DNA of 64,000 bases, from contig JBEWZL010000087.1 of NCBI GenBank assembly GCA_045837725.1, positions 62,001-126,000 on the forward strand, read 5' to 3'. The DNA is from Vermamoeba vermiformis. Lineage: Eukaryota. This document shows positions 26,561 to 38,456 of this stretch, piece by piece. Position numbers and translations under genes: made by a program. The stretch's first letter is position 1; each line of letters starts with the position of its first letter. The notes below the pieces were generated by a model. The model made no database searches, was not told the origin of the DNA, and saw nothing but the letters and a program-made list of their open reading frames with translations.

Positions 26561-29500
26561 TTACAGCCGAAGAGCCACGACAGACTTAGACCTTCTCCTA
26601 TTCTAGATCTTACTCGCGAATAGTAGATCTGTCAATCGTGATTCAAAAATATTGTGTTGACGAACAGTCTACTTCTTATAGGCCGGTCGTCGAGGATTAG
26701 GACCAAAGATAGCGTTCAAATCGATGTTCTTGCCGAGTTCTTTGCCAAAAATTTCGTCAGGATCTATCGTGGTCTGCATCTCCAAAGCTTTATACAAGTT
26801 TTCTTTTTGAGTCCAAGCGGGGACTGGCAAATCAATTTCACTATCCGAGTCGTCGTCGCTGCAGTAGTCCAAAATAGGGCATTGGCATTCAGGACTGTCC
26901 AAAAATCCGCGAGGTCGAAGAGGAGATCTTGGCGGTGAAGGCGAGTAGAGCATTGAAGCCGAGGGCTTAGGCGACAAGGTTGGTTGTGGTGAGTGTGAAG
27001 CCTTCGGTGATTGAGCAAGCTTGATAGGAATAAATGATTTGACGGATGTGGCTCGGATCGAAGAAGGTGACTGAGGAGGCGGCATCATTTGAGCATCGCG
27101 GGTCTGTGACTGTAAACTGCTTAATGAAGGAGGTGCCAGTGAAGCAGGACCGTTGGTAGAGGTTGAACTAGCAGTAGACTTAATGCTTGAAGGAGCTGAA
27201 ATATTGTTGGCGGAGTTCTCGCGGCTGATCGGCTTGAATCCGAAGTTGGAGGCAGATGGAAGAGGCTTAGATTCGACCACGGGAGTAGGAGCAGCAACTA
27301 CAGGTGTAGGAGCGACAACTGCAGGCTTAGGAGCAGGTGCGACGTGCTCGTCTGAGCCATCTCGAATAAACTTTCGAAGATCTGAAAATGGCTTGGGGAC
27401 TCCTGAAGGCTTAGGGATAGCATTGGAAGCACTCTTCAGGTCTACGCTTGAGGTAGTCTCCTTCTCCGAACCAGAGGACTCTGAGTCTTCGGGATCAGTT
27501 GGTGAAGCAGCGGATGTGCTTTGTGTTGACGCAACTTCGCCGGTCAATTGTGGAGGCTTCTTCAAGAAGGCGAGCAGTGAGAGTTTAGGACCTTGAGGGG
27601 CAGGAGCAGGGCCCTGAGGCTTAGGTGCGGCCTCTACAGCTTCGCGAGAAGCGGAATTGTGTTTCTTCTCTTCCAAAGACTGGATCAAGAAGCGCTTACG
27701 TCGAGATTGAGCGTCTTCTTCTTTAGCAGCCTCTTCAGCCTTCTTAGTCTCGTCTTCTTTAGTTTCTTCGACTTCCATTTTTTTGGCGGCAATCGAACTA
27801 GCCGTTTCAGTTTTCTTTACGGGCTCTTCGCGTGCCTTCTTCAAAGCTTCAACCTTGCTGACGGCTTGAGCGCGCTTCTTCTCCATTTCTTCGCGCTTCT
27901 TTTGCTCGAGCATTTGTCTGTTATCAGCGGCACGCTTCAGCTTGTCATTGACGTCCAAAGCCTTCGAGGAGTTGCTCGTGGCCAAGGCAGGCTTAGATTG
28001 AGAAGCAGCGAAGCCAACTTTCTTCTGCTTCTTCTCCGTCTTGCCAGAGACGTCCTCGCTTGATTCAGTGAGGGTCGAGGGGCCTTGAGAGGCTTCAGAT
28101 AGGGACTCGGCATCGCTGTCGATCTGCATGGCGTTCTCCACAGCAGGCTCAGCACGCGTCACTTCAGTGTTGAGAGGCTCAACGACGGAGGCAATAACGG
28201 TCGAGGAAATCTCAGCCTCTTCGTGCACAACAAAGTCTGCAGCCTTGGGCTTGATAACAACGTCAACTTCGTCTTGCGAGTCAGTGCTGATGCGAGGAGC
28301 AACTTTAGGCTTGCTGGGAGTCTTGGTGGTAATAATCTCGATGTTCTCTTCGAACTCGAGGGGCAGATCTGCCATGATAGCGTCATCAATGGCAGGAGTA
28401 GGAAGGGCGACTCTCTTGGCAGGAGTGGCAGTGCCAACAACATCGACGATAACCTCGTCTTCTTCGTCCTTCTTGATCTCTTCCTTCTCAACGGGCTTCT
28501 CTTCCTTGGCCTCGTCCATTTTGACGTCTTCCACGACGTGCTCGGCATCGCTCTTCTCGTTACTGAGCTTAGCCTTCTTGGTCTTGGGCTTAGGAACCTC
28601 TTCGGAAGCACTTTGAGCTTCACTTTCGTCTTCAGATTCAGCTGCACGAGCGCGTTTCTTGCCACGAGTAGCTGTCTTCTTGACGTAGGTCTTCTTGGTT
28701 CTGCCCTTCTTCTTAGGAGCAGGAGCTTCTTCTTCTGATTCGTTCTCAGCTTCTTCAGCAGCTTTCTTGGCCTTAGCTTCACGCTCTTTCTCCTCGCGTT
28801 TGCCTTGCTCACGTTCAAGTCGTTCTTTCTCCTCGTGTTCAGCCTTCGCTTTCTCGAGTTTGGCACGTTCTTTTTCTTCCTTCTCTAAGCGTTTCTTTTC
28901 CTTTGCTTCAGCGGCCAATCGTGCCTTCTCTGCGGCCTTTTCTTCTTCGAGCTTAGCTTGGCGCTCTTGCTCTTCCTTCTCGGCTTTTTCGCGCTCTTCA
29001 GCTTCACGAGCAGCACGTGCCTTCTTCTCGGCGATTGTTGCGGCTCTCTTGGCAGCAGCGGCAGCCTTCTTAGCGGCAGCAGTAGTGCGAGTGGCCTTTA
29101 AGCGACCGGCGCGACCTTGAGGCTTGTCTTCTTCTTTGTCGGAGACTTCGTCGTCCTCTTTCTTCTCTTCTTCGCTCTCTTCGACAACCTCTTCTTTCTT
29201 AGGTTGTTCAACGGGCTTTTCTTCGGCCTTCTCATCGACCTTCTCTTCGACCTTTTTCTTGCCGAATCGTTCTTCAATAATTTTTTCTTCCATCTTTTCG
29301 ACGGCCGCTTGAACCTTGCTCTTGCCTTTAGCGACTTTCTTGGTCTCCGCTGGCTTCTTGACTTGTTCGACAATTTTCTCTTCCACAATCTTGTTTTCAA
29401 CAGGCATTTGATTTTCCTTGTTAGCGCTGAGTACGGACGTGTTAATATAATAAATTTGGATCGAAAAGCAGATGATCGAAAAAGTCCAAAATTCAAAAGA

Positions 29501-30045
29501 AGATTTTGTGAAAATACTCCACTTACACGACCACTTCTTCTTGTTGTTGCTTAACGGCCGCACGAGTTCTAGGTCTGTAGGCAGATGCAGGAGTAGCGAC
29601 TAAAACCAAATCTGTCAGTAACTCCGTCGCTACACCTTCGCTTAAATAACTTACGTTGTCTGCTAAGAGCCACACGATCAGGAGCACTATAGTTAAATTC
29701 TTTCAAAGGTGTAAATAATTCTCGGGTCTGTTTTGCCTTTGTTTTCTTTTCGGCAAGGAAGATGCGTTCAATTGTGCTAATTAGACAAATTAATACGTTA
29801 GAATCTATTTATGCACGGTAAATAATATTATTTAGCAAATAGATTAATTAATAAAAATAATTAAAGAAAGATCGAGTTGATAAAATGTAAAAGTACCTTT
29901 CGAAAGCCGACTTGCAGTCCTTTGATACAGTCTCCAGCCAAGCGATATTTTCATTATATGTATTATCGAATTCTTGAAGGCGTAATTCAAATTGGCTCTC
30001 TACATTCGTTGTAATATACTGGAGGCTTTCTGAAAACGAATCCAT
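26561..30045 (-). CDS. INCENP: Inner centromere protein (chromosomal passenger complex scaffold)
   Basis: N-terminal helix '...NENIAWLETV', long E/K/R charged helices, S/P-rich linker and C-terminal IN-box 'DSEIDLPVPAWTQKENLYKALEMQTTIDPDEIFG...IDLNAIF'; short last exon 'RRSKSVVALRL*'. Start codon tentative. Confidence 0.85.
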
Positions 30046-30390
30046 GGCTGTCTGGTTAAATATATCGACCACGGATATGTCCTCTATATTACTTATCGAG
30101 TTTGGTGCTCGATGTGTCTATTGTGGCTCGCTTGTAGAGCTTGGTGAAACGTTTGAAGCGAAAACGGACGCGGTAAAATTTGAAAAAAAATTGGGCGCGA
30201 AAACAACTTCCAACGGCTAGTACCCTCGCGCGAACTTCCTGTCCTCCAAAAATCTATCCTTAGCATTAGTTTGCGCTTAGTGGTACCAGCACGCAAGAAT
30301 TTTTATAGTTTCTCACCAAAATTTGGTTCCTTTAGCCATCCACGATCTTTGATTCAACGATCACATCCGTTGCAAGCTCCATGGCCAATA

Positions 30391-30552
30391 CGTCGATATG
30401 ATAATCGTATCAGGTATCGTTTAAATTATAAAGAAGCGGCTTATTTTGTGGCGTAGTATAATTTATTCATGATTGCTATTTAAACTCTAATTTTCTGAAT
30501 TATTATTTACTTGCCTCCGCCTCCTTTTCTTTTCGCAGCTCTTCAAGATTTG
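30391..30552. repeat. Diverged direct copy of 31294-31451 (ankyrin-gene C-terminus + 3' flank)
   Basis: Shared blocks ATGATAATCGTATCA, GCTTATTTTGTGGCG, TAATTTTCTGAATTA, TTTACTTGCCTCCGC, TTTCGCAGCTCTTCAAGATT. Confidence 0.9.
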
Positions 30553-31138
30553 TATAGGCTGTGGCCACATAATTAAGTGTTGTTGCGAGATTTGCGGGAC
30601 TACAAACAATTTTGTTTCTTGTGCCGTTTCTTCAAATCTGAATCGGGTAGAACTCCCGACCCGATAAGCAAATAATCGACGTATCCAAGGCTTACATTCG
30701 CTGCCAGCGTATGCCTTGACTATGGGTGTACACTGCCTATCGTGAGCTTTGTTAATGGGGAAACATTTTTACAATTACATAATGGAATATTTACGTGGCT
30801 AGCAAATTACAAAAAAATTAATTAATAATAAGTGGCGTGTTTTCCGTGTACTCCGAAGTTGCCTGTCTCTTGTGCTTTCGCTGCTTCTTGGCTACTCGAA
30901 TCGCGAGCGTCGACCCATCTTGTAGTGACATCATTGTTGGGCAGCTCTGGCCAGCGACAAGGAAAACATCCAATATATCATCTTCGGTGCTTACGTTCCA
31001 CAACTTAGCTGCTTTTAATGCGCTTGCCAAAACCTTCCTTACATCCACCGGGATAGGAGGGACTGTAACGCGAACGTACTCCGAGTCTTGTGTTTCGGTA
31101 TTGAACAATCCTAATAATTTGGTTTCCATGGTTTCCAT
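30500..31138 (-). CDS. Small hypothetical protein, possibly ubiquitin-like fold, probably chimeric or decaying
   Basis: ~100-codon open frame 'METMETKLLGLFNTET...LQDGSTLAIRVAKKQRKHKR' followed by candidate exons leading to the duplicated 'NLEELRKEKEAEASK*'. Confidence 0.4.
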
Positions 31139-31399
31139 TATCGACTTGTAATAGCTGTAGTAATTAGAATTCGAGAAATTTTTAATAAGCCACATTTTTG
31201 CAGATTTCTGTTTGTTGTTTGCTTACAAATTTTAAGGTCTCTTCTTGTGTGAAACCTTGATTTGGGCCTCGTTATGTCGTATTGGTGCTGGTACGTCGTT
31301 ATGATAATCGTATCATGTATCGTTTAATTATAACAGAAGCTGCTTATTTTGTGGCGAAGTATGGTTTATTCACGAAACTATGTAAACTAATTTTCTGAA

Positions 31400-34300
31400 T
31401 TATTTACTTGCCTCCGCTTCCTTTTTCTTTTTTCGCAGCTCTTCAAGATTCGCTTTTGGCCATTCATTGCTCCTATCATCAAAGAAATCAGCTTGCGGAG
31501 GGTTCAAGTAGCGTGTCTCGATCATCGGGTCAAGATCGATTGGAGCAATGCCCAAGTTGTTCTTGATTGTAACTGAGGCACCATTTTTCAACAATACTTG
31601 TCGATGTTGATATTGCTCCCAGGTCAAGGAGTCCTTCTGCAAGCAAATCATCAACGGCGTGTCTCCCGAATATGTTTGCTTGTTCACATCCGCTCCTTTA
31701 GAGATCAGGTATTCAGCAGATTCGCGGCTGTATTTCTTCGAGACTGAAAACGAAGAGAGCAGCGTATAACCACGAGCGTCGGCCAAGTTCACGTCGATTC
31801 CGCAACGCTCGATGAAGAACTTCGTCAGAGCTATGTGACAACTGACTCTATGGAAGATCTTTTGTAGCTGATTGTTACTCTTGGCGACGACGGCTTTGAC
31901 CTCTTCAGCGATGAAATCGAGGTTTTCTGGCGTCAGATATTTCTCAAGGATCGGCAAAAAGTCCTTATCTGGATCATTCGGTAAGTCTCCGTGTTACAAT
32001 TTTAAATGCTTTAGTTAGCCTTACCATCCATCATACGCGTAATTTCCTCAATAGTAGTGTCGAAAAAATAATGGACAAACGATCTGCCAAGCTTGTCTCT
32101 CAGCTTCAAATTCACGTTGCCATCGCGAAGTAAAGGCTTTAGGGACGGCAATGAATGTTGCAAGAGCATCATTAGGGGGGATTGATCGAGAAGGCCGCCT
32201 GGCTGATTAACATCAGCTCCGTTCTTCACGAGTGCGTCAATTATGGTCGAGGCGTAGCCAGACAAAAGTGCACGATGAAGCGGGGTCTCGTTCAACTTGT
32301 TGGGTTTGTTGACGCTCACGTATTTCGATAAGGGCTCGACTAATCGGGTGATTGTAGCAATTTTCTCCGTCAACAGAAGTGTATGAAGCATGGTGTTGCC
32401 TGCCTCGTCTATGAAGGTCGGATCCGCTCCTCGCGTAATCATCGATTTGATTTCATCGGTGGACAGCCCTGCAACAATCGCGAGTGATAATGGTGTCGCA
32501 ACACGTCCATATTCGTCGTAATCTACGCTATTAATGTTGGCCCCGTGAGCTAGAAGTGCGTCCAGTGACCCCGAAAAGTCGTTGCCGTTGGTGGCGCACA
32601 GAAGGTGCAGTGGCAATAAAGTGTTTCCAGCGAAGTTGGGATTAGCCCCGTGTTCCAAGGCAAAGGTGATTCGGGCAGTGTTAGAGGATTTCACTGCCTT
32701 GGTCAGCGGCGTGTACCCTGCTTTGTCCACGTGGTTGATGTCAACTTTGAACTTGTCCAAGATGCGCTCCAAGATAATCGAGTGTCGATCAATATCAGCA
32801 TTGGCTATCATCATATTGAACAGAGATGACCCGTCTTTGTCGTAGCTATTCGGGTCTTCACCAAATTTTTCAATGATGTAGTCGAGCGGACCGAAATCTT
32901 TTGGCGGCTCTCCAGAAGACACGTAACATGCTGCCACGCTGAAGAGCACCGGCTTGTTAGCGCTCTTGATTATATCCAAGGGTTCGTAGTTGTTGTTGGC
33001 AATAATGACGGTCCTGAGGAGTCGAACGTAGTCCACCGATTGGTAGCAGTCAACTTGAATGCTGCATCCGTTCTTGACCAGATCCAACCAAGTATCCCAG
33101 TTGTTTCTATCAAATGCCAATGTCGCAGCGTTCCATTTCTTGTCGCTTTCCAAGTTCCAATCGATGACGTCTTTGAACGGGCTCAAATCAATCACATTTC
33201 CATCTCGCGCGTAGTCGTGTAGGACAGTCTCGCCGGTATGATCTTTCGCCGAAAACAACGTCTTCAACACTTCATCGCTAACAGTTTCTTTAACCGCCTT
33301 GGTCGAGTCTATGTTCTTCAGCAGTTTTAAGAACGTTTGAGGGACTTTTTTCTTGATCTCCGGGTGTTGTCCAGCGTCTTTCAAATGATGAAGTGCCAAT
33401 GTGTAAGCGGAGTTATTGATGTATTCTATGAAGGCTCGCCAGTACTTGATTAAGCCATGGTTATACAACGTATTGATCATTTCATTGACGAGATTTGATC
33501 GGTTGAATTTTTGGGGTCGCTTGAACATGACAGTAGGTGCCAAATAAGGAAAGTGGAATGTAGGAGCTCTATTCAACAGATCTTTTTCGTACTCGGTGTT
33601 CGTATGAGTCTTCAATAGCTCTTCGACTTTCTCCGTCATACCTTTCTTAATGAGGAACGATAGCGGTGATTTACCAAATGCCGTTGCGTATTGAGCGTAA
33701 GTGATCGATGAAAATTCAAATATTTTGGACTTTAAATGGTGAAATCTGCAAGCGACTTCGACGCCAACGGATTTTCCAAGTGCCTCGAGTTCATTCCAGT
33801 GTTCATGAACGCTAGCCAATCTCGTCTTGTAGAGAATATAGGCCTTCTTCAATGACGGAAAAATACGTTTGATTATTGAGAAGTCGAAATTTCGGTCATT
33901 GATGCTGAATTCAAGTTCTCGTACTGACGGGTAAGTCGTTGTAACGTCATTGGAGTTGCGAAAATGAATCTTCCAAACAATCGAGTTTCAGGTTCTTAAC
34001 ATTAGGAAATAATATTAAGAATGATAATCGGTCAGCGGGTATTGCCAATGTTGTTATTTGTGGAAATTGTACTGCTGGCGGAGGAGCAATTTCGTCGTTG
34101 ACAGTGATGCTGTTTTCTGTGAATGTGAAGTCTCCAATACGACCGTTCGGAAGTCGGTCTATAACCAACGTATGTAAATTTGGTGAGGCGGTCACAGTGT
34201 TCTTGAACAATAAGAGCGAATCCGGCGTCTGCGGCAATAAAAGTGTATCTATTTTAAATCTCGCCAAGATGCCATTGCTGACAAGCTTGTGGTCCGTGCG

Positions 34301-34617
34301 TCCCAAATTCACTAAGAGCTGTTTTGAAAGGCTAGATTTTAACGCAGCTTGGTACCAAAACTTGCAAACGAAGATCAGCTCCTTCAACCAAGTAGCCAGG
34401 CCGAAATATTTAAAAATTTGATTGCCTAAGACTTCGAGAGGCAAGTCATAGATAGTTCGAGGAATCTCGTTGCTTTCTGAAATTATAAACATTAGCCTAA
34501 GGTGCATCCCGTTTCTTTATTTTAGAAAATTTACCTGTAAGTTTAATTTCTGCGTTAGAAGCCTAGGGAATATATTAGCAAATGCGATGATTATTAACTG
34601 ATAAAGAACCGTACCAT
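31400..34617 (-). CDS. F-box + LRR-like + ankyrin-repeat protein (paralog A); +1 frameshift near 33950-33985
   Basis: F-box 'YDLPLEVLGNQIFKYFGLATWLKELIFVCKFW'; ankyrin words GETVLH, GYTPL, GNTMLH, ETPLHRAL, GDTPL; ATG-only first coding exon at 34615-34617. Confidence 0.85.
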
Positions 34618-35195
34618 TTGCTTAGTGAAGTGATTTTTAAAATTGGGAGTCTTCAAGACTTTCTTAAAACGATCTGGCCCTACTACTAATCGCCTGAAAA
34701 GCAGTAATTAGCATAATTTGTTCTAAATAATTGCAAAATTTCCTTGTTGTAGGTATTTGAATTGTAGATTCAGAAAAAAAGGTGGCGGATTGAGGAAATT
34801 GTTGATCCTTACTGCGATGCTAATAGGCGAAACAGAAATTACAGGATTCAAGAGGATGGCCAACACTCTTTATTGTTCTTAAGTGTCTGGTTGTTAAAAA
34901 AAAGAAAGATTTTTTTGAATTTCTTTTCGTTCAATCAGCGAAGCCAAAAACAGACCTGGATCTACTTCCTAATTTGTATCTCGTAACAGCTTAATATTGT
35001 ATGTAAACAGTGCGGCGGATTGCAATAACGGATCTTGATTTTCATATTTCGAAGTATTTTCAAGAATAACTAAAGAAAGAATGCAAGATTACTTTGATAA
35101 AATTGCCCATTGGGCCTAAATTTGATAACTACTTAATTTATTGCAAATAATTTTATGGTTCAATTAATAATATTATTTCAGGATAGAAAGAAATT

Positions 35196-38100
35196 ATGGA
35201 ACAGTTGCCGATCGAGGTCTTGGCAAATCATTTATTCAAGTACTTTACCTTCTCCGAATGGATTCGAACTCTAGTTCGTGTATGCAAACTTTGGCAGCAA
35301 GCAGCTATTTCCTCGAACGCATCCAAGCAGTTGGTCGTGGATTTGGATGCTGATTACGGTTGTATTGCAACTATGGCAAAATATAGAGTAGATACATTAA
35401 TATTATCATCTGTGGGTTATTCGCGTACTTTGTTCGGACGTATTCTGGAAGCCTCGCCAAAACTCAATACTTTGGTTGTTGTCGGATCCCTCTCCCATTA
35501 CGACATAGGTACACTTTCAACTGTCAATAAGCCTAAAAGAATATTTCCGCATATTACAACATTATCGCTCCATCAAGATCACTTGGCATTGTTGCAACTT
35601 TTTCCGAACGTTACCAGACTGCGGATCGAAGAGTACATGGCAGACGAAGATTTACTAGATTTAGATCAATCAAAAATAGAAGTATTTGCCAAGGTCAAAG
35701 AATTGGAAATCACACAAGACAGTTTTGGTGGATGGGAAGGGATACAACGGCAATTCCCAAATTTAGAAACTCTCTACGTAACGGTCCTAGATTACGCGAA
35801 GAACTCGAAGATTATAGAGGAAGGCAAGAAGTTAGGCATTAAAGTCTTCTGCGACAACATGCACTTGATCAAGACCGCTTGGAACTCGCCGAATATTACG
35901 TATCATTTGTATGCTTTCCAACACCGAAAAACACCGTTGGCTTATCCAGTGACAATCGCTAATGCTGAATGCACCGTCGAACAACTTGAGCAAATGATGG
36001 CAAAGACTTCACCTGCTTACGAAAAAGAATTGGCAGACAGAGTCGCGGAGTTTCATATTCCAGCTAGAATTATGAATATAAGCGTTGATCCTGGATCTCT
36101 TGGTATCTTCTCTACTATTAGAAAGCCTGGATTTATTATGCCATTATACGTGAATAAGTACCTGGATTTTTGGACCGCTTTCGAAGCCGCTGTCCAGGCG
36201 AATCAGACAGATCTTGCATTGGAGCTATCGAAAGAATTATTGAACCATTTAGATAATAGCCAGCGACACCAATATATCCATTCCAATATTGAACTTTTTG
36301 GAACAAATTGCCGACACACAACGATTTCTGGATGCGGTCGGATCTGAAGCAGTGAAGAAAATAATGTCAGTGACTGACGAGCAAGGTTATAATATTATTG
36401 CAAGATGGGCGAAGTCTACCGGCTTCAATATCAACTGGAAGCCTATTGATGAATATGTTGATTGGAATACGAAGGTCAAACCAGGCCCAGAACGAGAACC
36501 TAAAATTGAAAATTTAGCAACAGTGGCATTTACTGAAGAAAAGTTTGAGAAGTGGAAGTACCTAGTCAACGAAAAGAAGCTTGATATAGAATTTGATCTT
36601 TTAACGGATGCCGATTTGCGATCTTTTATCCGAAGGGATCTTCTGGAAGAAATTTCAATTTTGGCAACAAACAAGGAGAAGCTCAGACGTATTATATTTA
36701 TAGCAACGGATGTATTTCGAAACGAAGATTTGGATTCGTTCAAAAGACTTATTGCCAAATTTGGAAATGAACAACTGTCTGAATGTTACAACGGCGAATA
36801 TTTGCTACAACATCTCGTGCTGAGTTCTTATCATAACGACGAATTATTGACATATTTAGTCGAAGAACAGAAACTCGATATCAACTATATCGATAAGAGC
36901 GGAAAAACTCCGTTGACAAATTTCCTTACGCTAGGCTTGCAAGAATCCGAGGATGTTTCACTGGTCCAGACGATGCTAGATTTAGGCGCAGATCCAAATC
37001 TCGCTGGAGATACAATGCTGCCGCTATTTTTAGCCCTGACATATGATCTTCGTGAAAGCCTAGAACTTATGGCGGCCCTGATCGATGCTGGAGCGGACGT
37101 TAACGCCGTAGATTTTGACAAAAATGGAAGGCGAGCGACACCACTGTCAATTGCTGTATCGATGGGAGCCTCAGTGGCAATTATTGAAAATCTCATTGCT
37201 CATGGATCTGACACCAAATTTGTTGATGACGCTGGCAACACATTGCTTCACACTCTTTTATTGGCCAATGAACTTGAAGACATCAATAACTTATTGCCTA
37301 TTTTGGTAAAGCACGTGGACATCAATCAGCCCAATCTCCTTGGCGAGACACCACTTCACCGCGCTCTGTTGTCCGGTTACGACGTGACATTGATAGCCAA
37401 ATTAATCGAGTACGGAGCAGATGTCAATCAGCGCGGTGGACTGCTCACGATACCTCCCTTGGTAATGACGCTTAATTACTTCCCGACGATGAAAGTACTG
37501 CTCAACGCCAAGAACATTGACATCAAGGCTAAGAATAGACTTGGCGAATCAATGTTTTATACCATTTGTAGACGTGATTGCACATCGGATTTTGTCGACA
37601 TTCATGGATTGTTGGCAGGTAAGTTTGAAAAAAAGTGATGGTGATCCTTGACCGATAAAATCTAATTACGTGCAATAGACAAAGAATTCCAAGAAATCGC
37701 TGCAAGATTTGCAACGCCGGAGAATATTGAATTCATTGCCAGTGAAGTGAAGAGATATATTAACGACTACCCACAAAATTTTAGCAACATCTTTTCGCTG
37801 TGCACGCGCGAGATGCCTTTGATAAAATTCTTGACCGAAACAGTCGGACTTGATGTCAACACGAAGACAGCAGTTGGCAAGACATTATTGTCAAGCATTT
37901 CCATCAACACAAGTTGTTCCTACGAAGTTGCGGAATATCTCATTCAAAAAGGCGCGGACGTCAATGCACAAGATATCTACGGAGATACTCCGCTGTTGAC
38001 ATCTGTCAGAATCGCATCTATGACACGTGAACAGTACCGATACCGACACTTGTTGCTGAAACATGGAGCATCTGTGACACTCAAAAACAATTTGGGCCTG

Positions 38101-38280
38101 GCACCTATTGACATCGATCCAATGATAGAGACACGTTACAAACAAGAAGAACAATCCATGGCATATTACGATGATAGGACTGTAGCGGATCTGCTCACCC
38201 CAAGTTTGGCAGAACTGCGCAAGAAGAGACAAAATTCTTCTAGAAGCAATGTCGACGCCAATAATGGACATACCAATTAA
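35196..38280 (+). CDS. F-box + LRR-like + ankyrin-repeat protein (paralog B); +1 frameshift near 36250-36290
   Basis: F-box 'MEQLPIEVLANHLFKYFTFSEWIRTLVRVCKLW'; ankyrin region collinear with paralog A (ETPLHRALLSGY, KNNLG.APID.DPMIETRY); intron ~37619-37677 at the equivalent position. Confidence 0.85.
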
Positions 38281-38456
38281 ATTTGATTGTGTTCCGTGGC
38301 AATTGTTCGAATAAACTTTTAGCGACCCGATTCGATTTCCATGGGTGAACTTGCCTAAAAAGGATAAAATGTCCGAGCCGAGTTACCAAGTACGTTCAAG
38401 CGGAGAATATACCCGTTGTAAAGCTTCAGTCAGAAATACGGTGCAAAAAGCAGTAT

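Noticed and set aside
27153-29554. Many long plus-strand and alternate-frame ORFs (S/F/L-rich)
   Set aside because: Antisense or frame shadows of the biased E/K-rich INCENP exon.
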